Part shown: one piece after another, positions 13,801 through 25,668 of the stretch
Layout of the letters: each line of letters begins with the position of its first letter
How positions within the stretch are numbered: the stretch's first letter is position 1
Source of the DNA: Tubulanus polymorphus
Taxonomy: Eukaryota > Animalia > Nemertea
Assembly (NCBI RefSeq): GCF_964204645.1
Contig: NC_134031.1
Location: 1,736,001-1,800,000 of the forward strand
Reading direction: 5' to 3'
Length of the DNA stretch: 64,000 nucleotides
Translations under genes and position numbers: made by a program
Notes under the pieces: generated by a model
Database searches by the model: none
The model's input: only the letters and a program-made list of their open reading frames with translations
What the model was told of the DNA's origin: nothing

Positions 13801-16800
13801 CTAGTGGATTATTGGTCGGTTACGTCACTTTGAATCATTTGAAGCAGAATGACGGCGCTTTAAAATGGTGGAAGTTCTATTTCCATAGATTCTGGCGGTG
13901 AGATGACCATTTCAAGTAGACAACAAATTTATGTTTTTTGGTCTCGTAGTAATATACATAGTATTTATTCGCAAACAAATGTTTACATTTTGAAGGAAAA
14001 AGAGGAGAAAACTCATAATTTACATCAGTTTACAGTACAGACAAAAGAAACCATTCAAATAATCATATATAGCTAATCAGTACAAATATCATCAATTATT
14101 TGCTGCACATTGTGAAATTGATGTTTGATTGTTCGTGTATTTTCAGTTTAACACCTGCTTACATGTTTATCGTGATGATCTACGCGACTTTGACCGGATA
14201 TTTCGGTAATGGTCCGATGTCGCCGATACTACGAGAAAGCGATTACGTCACATCATGCAACAAATACTGGTGGACGAATTTACTGTATATAAATAATTTT
14301 TACCCGCAACACGAAATGAAACAGGTAGTTACGTCTATTCTATCTGAATACACAGCTAACTGACTTGACCTTTTTCAAGCATATCAAGAAGGGTTTCATT
14401 GGTATTTTTAGTGCATGGATTGGAGCTGGTATTTAGCTAATGATATGCAGTTTTATGTGATCACACCTCCACTATTGATTTTACTGTACAGGTATAGTAA
14501 AATGATACAGCGATTACTGAACTGAAAATTGATATCTTCTACGGCAAAAGGCTTGATATTTACCATTTGCTTGATGTGCATTCTGATAGTATCTATTTTT
14601 GCTGTGAGTACCCAGAACAATACACATATTATTTGTAAATTTTTTGATGAATAGATATCGTAAAGCTGGTATTATAGTCATAACGCTACTAATAACCGCG
14701 ACACTGGTGGCTAGCGGATGTCTGTCACGATATTTTAATCTTCCTCCTGTCATGGTTGCCGGAGTTACCGTGCAAAGGTAAATGAAAAATATTTGTTATG
14801 TGTTGATTTGAGGTGTTGGTGTAAACAACTAATTGAAACAAACACAGACTGTGGCAATATCTATCCTTGGGTTTGGACCCAGTCACACTTACGGTAGTTT
14901 TATCAGCAGGCTTCTTACAGATCAGGGAATTCTGACTCTTTTCTTCTCTTTAAAATTATGGGATTTTTGTTCACAAATGATTTGAGGAACCTCTTGATAA
15001 GTATCAGCTACCACTGAGAATATCTTGATTTAATCCGGGAACTTATGGTCGAGGGTGAGGGGAAACCAGGGAAATAACTGAATTTTGGATTTCGTAATCT
15101 GTAAGAAGCCTGTACTGTCTATCTGTAGTAGTTCTATCTATATAAATAAATCTGGATGATTTATTTTCTTCTAGGCCACTGCACTCCAATCAAACAGCTA
15201 GTGATCTGGTTTGGGATGTAATGTACAGTAAACCATATACACGCATAGCTCCATATTTACTGGGTTTATTAGTCGGTTCGCTGCTGTTTCTTACTGAATG
15301 CAAGAAGGTTTTTAACTGGAATAAGGTAAGAATTCTAAGCTGAATTTTGATCGATTCCTTCAGATTCTAGAACTCTCTTCTGGCATGTTCTGGTGGAATA
15401 TGAAATGTATATAGTGAAGGCCTTATCAGTGATTTACTGATTAATTTGGCATTTTCCTTCATACCAGTTTTTCAAATTAAATGCTCCTAAAAATATATTC
15501 AACTTGTTACTTATAACACTTTTCAGAGATTGGCAGCCCTGCGCGGTTATTCATTACTTACTCATTACTTGCTCTTTCATCTTTGTAGATATTGGTGTTT
15601 ATATTGTGGTTGTTAGTGGCGATTATGAATTTGTCTGTGATATATGGTTTCTATGGAGATATCCGAAATGGAACACCGATAACGAGTACCGTCAGCGCAT
15701 TCTATAACGCGTTCAGTAGATTAGCCTGGTCAGCAGGTGTCGCTTGGGTCGTCTTCGCTACTTGTCACGGATTTGGAGGTACATGTACATTAGAACACAA
15801 AAGATGTTCCAACTCTCGATGAGCATAGTTTCTCTTTAATCTATGATAGCAATCTATCAGTAGGATCCAGTTCAACAGACTTGACTCTAGAGCTAAAATA
15901 TCGAAAATGAATTACATGTTATTTTAATCTACAAACGTAACCTTCAATTGCGGAACTGGATCCTATAGGCTCCGCTATCAAGATGGATATCATCGACTCA
16001 GAGATAAACCGTTCAACTTGGGATTTTGTTGAAATATTTTTCGGAACCTACATTCAACTAGGATATCACTCTCAAGTGTGACTGGTGGCAGTCTACTCTA
16101 TTGATCTTTATTTTTGAAATGTGTTTTTGTCTATATTTTAGGTCCCGTAACGAATATTCTGTCGAGTAAATTGTGGATTCCATTCAGTAGATTAACGTAC
16201 TGTGCGTATTTAATTCATCCCATGTGGCTGATTGTCTTTAACGTTACTCAACTGAAACCGATTCATTTTACTAATTTTAACATGGTAAGCATATTACAAT
16301 GTGTAATCATGTATCCAGTGATTTGTTCCCGCATGTGCCAAAGAACTGATTGCCTCGGATTTTCAAACTGTGATCACCCATCTTTGCTCCGATTGTTCTT
16401 GATGGAATCCTGATATTGCTGAAACAGTAAATTAAAATTCTCTTGACGGTACAATATGTGAACTCGTTGAAGTTGGAGAAAGAATGGGTCCTTATTACAG
16501 GAGTTGGAATAAGAAAATTTTTAACTACAGTAGAACTCGCTTAATTCGGATTTTTCAATCCGAATTTTCGCTTAATCCAGAAGAAATATTTGGTCCATTT
16601 AACCTGGACGCATGTAAACTATTTCATAATTCAGATTTATCTGAATTAAGTGAGTTTCACTGACATATTGTTTATGCAAAGAGGAAGCGTCTGCTTTACT
16701 CGGTCCCTTGAGAATCCGAGGCAAGTCGAGTCTACTGAATGCAGTCTCGAGGGGTTTAACATGTACGTATAATAATGTGTGAATTTATTTTTCAGGCTGT

Positions 16801-16909
16801 ATTGTTTTTGGCTCATTCTGTCGTGTCGTACGGTTTGGCTCTGATTCTTGCTCTGTTAGTCGAATCACCGTTTCTATCCCTCGAGAAACTCTTCCTTAAA
16901 CGCACCTGA
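10887..16909 (+). CDS. Nose resistant to fluoxetine-6-like O-acyltransferase (NRF domain + Acyl_transf_3), ~16 exons
   Basis: Signal peptide MARLLVFVLLFF; NRF motif MFDATGKLPGGVLTGNFKWFGDMNEC; LHGIRVLSMLWIILGH, SVDTFFFLSG, HRFWRLTPAY, WSWYLANDMQFY, YSKPYTRIAPY, PFSRLTYCAYLIHP, LVESPFLSLEK across GT-AG exons. Confidence 0.93.
11783..11838 (+). ncRNA. Degenerate hammerhead-family copy (core broken) in an NRF-6-like intron
   Basis: tattc-TTTAAGA-t-gactattaggatatagt..ggaaat..aataaac: same stem II as intact copies but CUGA core mutated. Confidence 0.65.
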
Positions 16910-17545
16910 AACTGTGTAGCCTCATCCTCAACAACGAAACCCTCAGACCGGAACGATGATGGTGATTATGATGAGATAATTGCATGTTGTCATTGATACA
17001 GATTTTAATATTTGGGGAAAAAATATACTGTGCAACTAACTAGCAAGATCTGGAAGAAACCCAGAAAGATGGCTGCCTACCCACAATTTTCTCAGATATG
17101 ATTAAATTTCCAGGGATTGTAGTGATATGACAACTTCTATTTCAAATATTATTGCGTTCTGTTGTAACAACAATTTAAAATGGTTGTGTATTTTGAAATT
17201 ACTTGGATTGGATTATGATGGTAATTTATCGGAGGCAGCCACAAGTTCAGGACCCAGTTCCACAGTTGCAAGTTAGAGTTAACTCTGAGTTAAAGTTAGT
17301 TCATTTTCGATGAGTTAACCCAGAGTCAAATCTCAACTCACAACTGTGGAACTGGACCCTGGCTTTTTAATCGGACTATGAAAACTCAGAGAAGCATAAT
17401 TTAGATTAATTAATAAAACATATTTTAATACATTGTTGAAACTGAAAATCGGCAATACATTGCATAGAAGAGATATAGATTCTTTAATTGGTTGTTGATG
17501 AAGGATGTTTGATATATAGCGCATTACATTACAGAATCTACATCA

Positions 17546-17767
17546 GGCTAAACAAAAATGATACCTTGTTTCTCCGCAGCGGCCGGGTCATTTTTGTAAA
17601 ATATGATAAAATTTATAAACAGTTCGTTTCTATAGCGGCCGGGTCTGTTATGGTTAAATTGATCACGATTTTAAAAAAAAGTAACGTATAGGGTAGATAG
17701 GCGGCCGGCCGGGTCAACATTTAAGCTCAGCAGAGCGGAGAAACAAGGTAGCAATTTTTTTTAAGCC
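17546..17767. mobile_element. ~220 bp Harbinger/Tourist-like MITE, copy 1 of 4
   Basis: TIR ggctaaacaaaaatgataccttgtttctccgc / gcggagaaacaaggtagcaattttttttaagcc, TTA flank. Confidence 0.85.
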
Positions 17768-18336
17768 TTACCGGTATATATCATTGCAATACTCAATACA
17801 AATTACAATGCTCTGTTATGATTTGGTTTTATTTAATGCTAGACTCTCTTCAGAGGAGTCGTCAAATTACTTTAAGTTGTCGATATCTTTTCGGTCCTAA
17901 TTTGTGTATTGACTAGAGTCTATGTCCTCATTGGTATAATTCATCAACATAGTTAATGATTGTCCCAGAGTTAAGACGACTAATCCCAAGCTATATATTC
18001 TATGTACATCATTTCTACATTTGTGTGCAACGTATCATGCATTTTTCTAGCTAAATTATTTACATTTCTAAATTTGATATAATCATTGTATTGAAATCAA
18101 CAGGTATTAAATACGGTATACTACAGTATTGACTCTCCTCGTAAAACTATGTCTTTATTTTTGTATGGCTCTTATATAAAGCGAAGAAAAATATAAATTC
18201 TGATGATCATATTACAAAGAGAATCTGCTTTTGATTAATTTTGTGTTGATAGTCAACCTTGGTTAATGCACTCAGGACCAAGCAGTACAGATTAAGTGAT
18301 TTATGGAGAACAGATAATCTGTAATTCTATGAATGC

Positions 18337-18640
18337 GGTTTATTCGATGTTTTGACTATATTCTAATAATCATCTTCGTGAATATTGTCGAAACATCAGA
18401 TAAACTGCACGCTCTAGGAAACATTTTTGGACTTTGTCTTTCGTTATCATTGTGGGATTCTCTATACAAATATATTGTCTCTGGATTGTATATATATCTC
18501 ATAATTTCTGTAGTATCTCATTATTCCTGAAGATGACTATTAGGATATAGTCGAAACGTTGAAATAAACTACTATCTCGAAGTTTCATTTTCGGACTTTT
18601 TATTATCATTGTGGGATTCTCTCCTCACAAATATATTCCC
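18337..18640 (+). mobile_element. Hammerhead-bearing repeat (Penelope pLTR/retrozyme-like): degenerate inverted copy plus ~1.5 direct copies of a ~163-nt unit
   Basis: gtcgaaac..ataaact..ggactt..tatcattgtgggattctct..acaaatatatt occurs at 18387 and 18550; intact core at 18522-18567. Confidence 0.75.
18522..18567 (+). ncRNA. Minimal type I hammerhead ribozyme
   Basis: tattc CTGAAGA t gactat-taggat-atagtc GAAAC GTT gaaata: CUGANGA and GAAA boxes, 6-bp stem II, palindromic ACGT stem III, GUH triplet, stem I. Confidence 0.8.
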
Positions 18641-18743
18641 TACAGCTGATACTGATTTAATACTGTACAATAAGTTTTACTTAGAAATTGGAAGAATGGA
18701 AGTTTACATGACAGAAAGGTTACAGCATGCGTTCCTATTATTG

Positions 18744-21536
18744 TTATTTACGGATATTTTTCCTGCGTTTTTCATTAATCTTAACATTGCGGTTTTTCCG
18801 AGTTCTAGTATCTGATACATTTTTCGCAGCAGTTTTCTGTTTTTCTTTGCGTCCATTCTTTTCATGTTTATCTTCGTTCTTTTGTTCAGGTTTATGTTTC
18901 GTTTTTTCGTGTTTCTCGTGGACTATTCTCAGTTTACGATCGACGCCGTGTTCTTTCCATACGTGCTTCTTTTTAAGAATTCCATTGGGAAACAATTTGT
19001 TACAAATGGTACAAAGAACTTGTCCTTTCCCATGGGCTTTGATAACGTGATGCGTACAGTCTGACGACGACTTGAATTTCATATCACAATACCCACATTT
19101 CACTAACTTGATGTTCCGATGATCAGTTTCTTTGTAAGCACGTTTGTCTTTATGATTACTTTCTTTCGGACTTCGTTTCAAAGTCTCCAGCAGCTTGGCA
19201 CGGGTCAACACTTGCGAACGGCATTTCTCCGATACGTGATCGGTCGCTGTTTCTTTATCTAAATCGCTACATTCAGAAGAAGATTTCGGACTGGTGTCGT
19301 ACGACTTAGACGCCGGTTCATCGACGGCGGATCCTTCACAGTCGATACTATTGTCATCGTCATCACATCCATGAATTGTCGCCTCAGGTTTGAAATCCGT
19401 TGTATCGGAAACATCGGATTTCTCGTCTTCTTGACTAAACGCGCATTTCTTTTCATGTCTTTTCCAACGTTTTTTATCGACGAACATCTTTTCGCAAATG
19501 TTACATTTGATGCTATCTTCCGTTTCATAACGAGCGGAGGAATCGACCTCGTCGGCCGAATCCGCAGATTTCCGATCGTTATTTTTCGCGTCTGACACGG
19601 AGCTGTCCTCCTGCTCGACGTCGATATCGTGAATACTCGAATGATAATCTAACGAACTTTGACTCAAAAATCGTTTTGAACAACGCGAACATTTATGCTT
19701 CTTTTTTGATGTGACGTAGTTTTTTACTCGTTCTGCCGATCGAATTAGATCAACAAAACAATCATCGCATTGAGAACTATTTTTATCATCTGAATAAACA
19801 TTTTTCTTTTCAACAGTTGTAACATTTTCCTCGTGAAGCATTTCATTTTCCCCTTCTTGTGTATTTGTCGCTTTCCCCGCAATATTTCTAGAACGCGCTT
19901 GAGACCTCATGAATCTACCATGCGGCGATTCAAAAACCGCATCAACTTTTGTTTCTGATTTCAGATCTATCTCTTTCTCCGCGATCCTATGCAAACGCAC
20001 CTGCAAACTCATAATTTTCGGTTCAACTTTAGTTTCTATTTTGGAATCTTTTGCTTTTTCCGCGGCAATCTTTCGCGAACGAGCTTTAGAACTCATAAAT
20101 TTACGACGTGGCGATTTAACGAACGGTTTCACTTTAGTTTCCACTGTCGGTTTCGAATCGACTCCTCTTTGGATCTTTAGTAAGCGTTCGGCCAAATCCG
20201 AGTATTTGCGAACCCGCAAACTCTTGCATTCACGATGTGGCGATTTAACAACCGCATCAAGTTTTGTTTCTGTATTTAGATCTTTCTCTTTCTCTGGTAC
20301 CCTATGCAATCTCACCTGCAAACTCATAATTTTCGATTCATCTTTCGTATCCATTTCGGAATCTTTTGTTTGTTCTACAGCAATCTTTCGCGAACGAGCT
20401 TTAGAACTCATAAATTTACGACGTTGCGATTTAACAAATGGTTCCACTTTAGTTTTTGGTTTCGGTTCCCCTTCATCATCGACAATCCTTTGTAAGCTTT
20501 CCTGCAAATTCATGTATTCACGAAGTGGTGATTTAATAATCGGTTCCAGTTTAGTTTCCGTAGTGATTTCACCGTTTATTTCATATTGCGGAAGCACGGA
20601 GTTCGTACAGTCGTTAGATCTCTCACTCAAAACGTCACTAGTCGTCATTTTCGAATTCTTCAAACCGACACAAGATGAAGACCTTTTCAACGACTTCACG
20701 TTCACGCCCGGATTACTATCTCCTACGTCGTATATCTTTCGTTTACTACCGATTTCTGGAGAACTTACGGAGACATTGGATTTGTTTGAATCACGCGCGC
20801 GGCAGTCAGTGCTCTCGAGAGCAGCATCGTCTTCAGTAATTCCGACATCATCAATATTTCGATCGTCTTCAGAAGTTCCATCTACCGATGTTCTAGTTTC
20901 GTTTCTGTGTCCACTGCTGTCACTCGGTCGGTTTTTACAAATTTCGGGTTGATCTATCGACGCCCAGGATTCGTATAAACTTTCGCAACTCTTGCGAATA
21001 TGCGTATTCCGGCTTTCCGGCGTCGATTTCTTTTCTTGAACATCGATGTTAATTTCTGATTTTTGGTCGCACTCGGCTGATGATAAAACAAAATACCAGA
21101 GTTAGGTTTAAAAATGGGAAATTCGGATATTTTTCCGATTCGGCTATATTCTTGTTAACGTTATTTTACCAATATAATTAAAGAAATAAAATTTCACAAG
21201 GGTTAGAAAAATGGACTAAATTTTTTAAATCCAAAACCACAGGGGCTCGTATCAGAGTTGTAGGTAATGTAAAAATGATAATCTGTTAATCCAATGTATG
21301 AAGTATTTTATATATACTATATACATTGGATTAACAGATTATCATTTTTACATTACCTACAACTCGGATACAAGCCCCTGTGTCCAAAACCAGCTTTTGA
21401 GCGTCTCCACGAAAACTAGCTCAGAAATAGAATTACCACCAAGACGCCGTTGGGCGATTTGATTGAATAAATCATCTTCCAATCGCTCGAAATAATCTCT
21501 TAACCGATCTTCCAACGTGGCGGCCATCTTCTTCAT
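18744..21536 (-). CDS. C2H2 zinc-finger protein (~810 aa, 2 exons) with internal KSPxR-containing repeats
   Basis: Exon 21536-21437 (MKKMAATLEDRLRDYFERLEDDLF..) splices in phase to 21076-18744, in frame with the 653-aa ORF; fingers CSRC..HSSIH, CNIC..HEKKC, CGYC..HVIKAH, CTIC..HVWKEH. Confidence 0.85.
21238..21382. mobile_element. 145-bp fold-back MITE with 8-bp TSD (TCCAAAAC) in the zinc-finger gene intron
   Basis: tccaaaac|cacaggggctcgtatcagagttgtaggtaatg...cattacctacaactcggatacaagcccctgtg|tccaaaac; ~60-bp arms with 2 mismatches. Confidence 0.9.
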
Positions 21537-23554
21537 TCAATCAACGTTCAGCTGCTCCAGCATTCGCTAATGACAATTGTCCCATCTTTAAAATCAAAAC
21601 AGCATTTTTTTTATATTCGCAGGCGGATCAGCGAGAGAGACTCATACTTTGAGTGCTGCTCCTATCAGCTGGGCTTATAATAGTATGTGGTTTATGAAAA
21701 TATCCGATTGCTAAACTAAACCACAGACTGTGGTGGTTACTGATAGTAATACTGATCAGTCTGAGTATAGTGTGAACATACCAGATGTTGTTACAGTCCC
21801 CTATAATAATGGGGACCTTGGCTAGATACACTTGATTAGTTTGTGTAGTAATGTCCATCAGAGCAGGGACAACAACAGATCAAAGGGCCTAAGTTTGGTT
21901 AATTTCATAATCGATGATTAGAATTAGATTGAATAGTAGTAGATCATTAACCGATTAAGGCTAAGCCATTATTGGGAATATGGTCACGGACAAGAACCGT
22001 AATGAGTTAATAGGCCTAATTTACGCACGTGTTTGTTTGAATATTTACGAGTTGCTTACATAGTCAAATACATACCGTAATTTATGCGGCAGTAGAGTAA
22101 CCTTCTCTTGAAAACAATAAAACCATAAAATAAAAAATATTGATTATAGATGGCTTGACGGCCTTGAAAATCATCCCGGATTCTGTGATTCTATAACCGA
22201 ACATAATAGGGTAGCTCCGAGCTACGAGCAATCATCTCGAGCTACTAACATGCCACAACTGGAATCTAACGGTCTACCTGGTTCCTACTAACATCGACTT
22301 CAAAAGCAGATCCCACATAAATAAAGTTTTACCGTTGGTATTCATTTAAAACAAACTAGTGCTTGAGTACTGCATGCTATTTGACCGGAACCCGACCCCC
22401 TTTCGAAGGGTTTGCCCTCCGGGCCTTTAAGTTGGTCCATTGAAATAAAAAGAATATATTTACCACCGGAATATTGAATTTCCCTATTACGTACAATACG
22501 GACAACTGAAGTGCCTAATTCTAATAAACTATGATACGATAAATCCTTCCTAAATCAAGAGTTTAAAAGACATTTAACATTTTTCCGCCAACTCTTGCTT
22601 ATTAATCAATTAGTAAATTAAAGCATGAAATAAATGATTCTCGTTTCACCAAAAATCTTAACTAGATCGGTCAGACTGACCGGTTCTTGAAAACAATTTT
22701 ACACATATATGTGTGCTGTTATATTTGATACAAGGATTAATCCCCGGTTATTGGATTGGTAAACCTGTATGGATGCTGACTGGAGGATGATTAGGTTCGT
22801 ACCCCCGCGGCTCTCGACTTAGAGGCGATTGTTAGGAAATCGGGCACTATCGTTTGATTCCTATATTTCATTACCTGGCTACGAATAACGCACCCAAGAA
22901 TAAAGAAACGGAGTCAGTTCAGGGAAATCCTTTTTGGTGGCAGCAGTCTATGATTTTGATATTGTCGAACATGGCCACACGTAGCTAAATTGAAATGAAG
23001 TCAGTCCAGGAAATTCCAATAAATGGCGGGCGATCTATGATTCTGAGCATCAACAGGAACGGACCAGTTACGGAACCGATCTAAATGTGACTGATTCTGA
23101 TGAAATATCCAGTGTTCACTCTTTTCCTTCCTGTCGCGTTATAGTCATTTACTGTATTTGAAACTATTTTATCTGCGATATTTCTAGCTAAATTATATTT
23201 GCAATGTAAAGTTCTACGGAAAACTTTTACATCGGCAATTTGATTTATAAACCGTCTATTCACATGTCCGTCCTTTTGTGCTGTTATTTCATTTAATTCA
23301 ATTTAATCGGAAATTTCAGTTCAGTTCAGGCTCTTGTTGAATGCGACAGCAAATCCCATTTAGAGAAAATGAACAAGATAAATTGGTAAATCAATGATTT
23401 ATTATAACACAATACTAAGATATCGTATAACATTTAATCTCTATCCAGGTGTTATTTCTCAATTGGTTCAGACAACATTGTCAACTTCGGGCCTATTTTC
23501 AGAAGCTCCATCGATTCTTATCATCTTTAATCCAAACGCAGCCACGCGCGCGCT

Positions 23555-24535
23555 ATGAATTATTCTCGATGCCCGATTGATGAACTACAAGTTTACAATC
23601 ACTACGTCGTAGTTTATGGTATCGGTACAATCTGTATTTTGGGTATATGTTTGAACATTTTTGGAATTTTCGTTCTTCAAAAAATGACGGAAAGCGGGCA
23701 GGCTATTTATCTGCTCATACTGCTGTCGATAGCCGATACGGTCTATCTTTTAAACACATTTCTCGATAGACCATTGCGTCGACTTATTTTCCAAATGATC
23801 AATGGAGATGAAGTGTTTCGTCGACCGGATTACGGCATGTTTCCAATCTGGAACTGGCTCCGAGTTGCGGGCTACAAGTCAACGGTGAACATTCGTAATT
23901 GGATGGTAGTTCTATCGGCGGTTGTTCGGTGCTTGCACGTTTTATTGCCGTTCTGGTCCAGACGAAACGTCGGTAGAAAGTTTGTTAATTTAAGTATAGC
24001 GATAATTGTGATCGTATCGGCGGGGATTTATATCGATCGTTATTTCGGTGGTCGTATTATCCCGATTAAATGTCCGGGAGATTCTTCGTCGTCGAGCGCG
24101 ACTTATCTTAAATTCGAGAAAGATAAATCAATGGACCTGAGCTCGACGGTGATTTATTTGATAGTTACAGTTAACGCGCCGATGATAATTCTCATGTTGG
24201 CAAACACGATTTTGCTGTGGTCGATCAGTCGTTCTATAAAAAATAGAAAATCCATGGCGTCATCGACGCCGAAAACGGAAACGAATGCCAACACAAAAGC
24301 TACACAACTAGTGATCATAGCTACAGTTATTTATCTCGTCTGCGAATCACCGACAATTATTTCCAGAATTTTCAACTATTTTGTTAAATATAAAATCACA
24401 CCGACGATGTGGAAAATGTTCGTCGTTTTAAACAATTTGACTCCAATCGATTCAGCGATTAATTTTATCATTTATACGATCGCGAGTAGAAGTTTCAGAA
24501 AAACTGCGCGCACGACGCTGTTTGGTGGCAAATAA
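23555..24535 (+). CDS. Class A GPCR, FMRFamide-receptor-like orphan clade, single coding exon
   Basis: 7 hydrophobic segments; GICLN (TM1), LSIAD (TM2), VRC at the DRY position, CESP (TM6), DSAINFIIY (TM7), helix 8 SRSFRK. Confidence 0.88.
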   Translation: MNYSRCPIDELQVYNHYVVVYGIGTICILGICLNIFGIFVLQKMTESGQAIYLLILLSIADTVYLLNTFLDRPLRRLIFQMINGDEVFRRPDYGMFPIWNWLRVAGYKSTVNIRNWMVVLSAVVRCLHVLLPFWSRRNVGRKFVNLSIAIIVIVSAGIYIDRYFGGRIIPIKCPGDSSSSSATYLKFEKDKSMDLSSTVIYLIVTVNAPMIILMLANTILLWSISRSIKNRKSMASSTPKTETNANTKATQLVIIATVIYLVCESPTIISRIFNYFVKYKITPTMWKMFVVLNNLTPIDSAINFIIYTIASRSFRKTARTTLFGGK

Positions 24536-25668
24536 TTAGTAATGTTGTGAAATGAGTGGCGGTGGTCGGGTACCTGGTACCGTATCACTGAAATAACGAT
24601 CTGACCTACACTGTTTTCACTATTTTTCTTATAAATTGTACACGAAAATGGTTTGACACATCTAAGAATGAAGACTGAACTTCTTGAAATCAAAATGATG
24701 CAGAATAATTCGCACGGAAACAACCAAAACTAATTCACATTTTGAAGAATCATTTCAGAACAAATTACAACGAATTGAGACGATTTCTCAGGTCATGAAA
24801 TATGTTACCCTCGATATCTGAGGTGAAATATATTTGCGCCATTCAAACAAATGTTATAAACGCTTACCGAATATTGCAATACTGATTTCTGGGGTATGAA
24901 GAGAAGGTCTTTATGTTTAGAACAAGATACGGTTTTGTATGCTCAGGTTGTATGTTGGAGGCCGCCATTTTCCTATGCAGGTTCAGGTCACACCAGTGGA
25001 CACAATGACCACAAACATCATAATGTTCGGCCAGATTCGCGCATCGCGCTAGTCAGTGTCAATAATTAACAGGATTGATTGGTCTATCCTTTCGTTATAT
25101 TTGAAATGGTTGCGTCTGTTGATAAATTCAAGGCAGCTAAATTTCCATACGTTTATTATCTGAATGGTATTTTGAACGATCTCGGGAAAATCGGGCCAGT
25201 ACTCGATCAAAATGTCTTGGATTGGATTTTTCCGGTGCAGATGAGGCTGGATCTGTCTTTAATTGTTAACACGAATCAGAATCGAAATTTACAATTCTGA
25301 TTTACGATTTCGGTTTCAAAGAATAGAAGTACATGTAACATCAAAAGATCATCCGGCTCGCGATATGTGGACTTCGTGAATCAAACCTGTTTCGTTATAA
25401 ATCTCGGTTGTGTTTGAGCTGTCACCGCATTCAGTGCATTTCCATGAATATAACCCCGTAAAATAAAATAAACTGGAACTTAGTGACAAAAATTGTACAA
25501 AGGTTGCGTTCCGTTTTTTCTTGACCTGTCAAGCTATCAATATAGGTAACGGTAGATGGCCTAGACCAATGTTTATACAGAAAGGTTATCCAGAGGATAT
25601 TCACAGTTTATGAACATGGCACTATAGATCAAGATGTGTACGAGTATGTGTACGACACAGTTTGTAAG

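Noticed and set aside
19909-20952. 347-aa plus-strand ORF
   Set aside because: Antisense shadow of the repetitive zinc-finger exon; no independent features
23555-24535. GPCR as the linked AstC receptor
   Set aside because: AstC receptors are somatostatin-receptor-like with DRY and NPxLY; this protein lacks both
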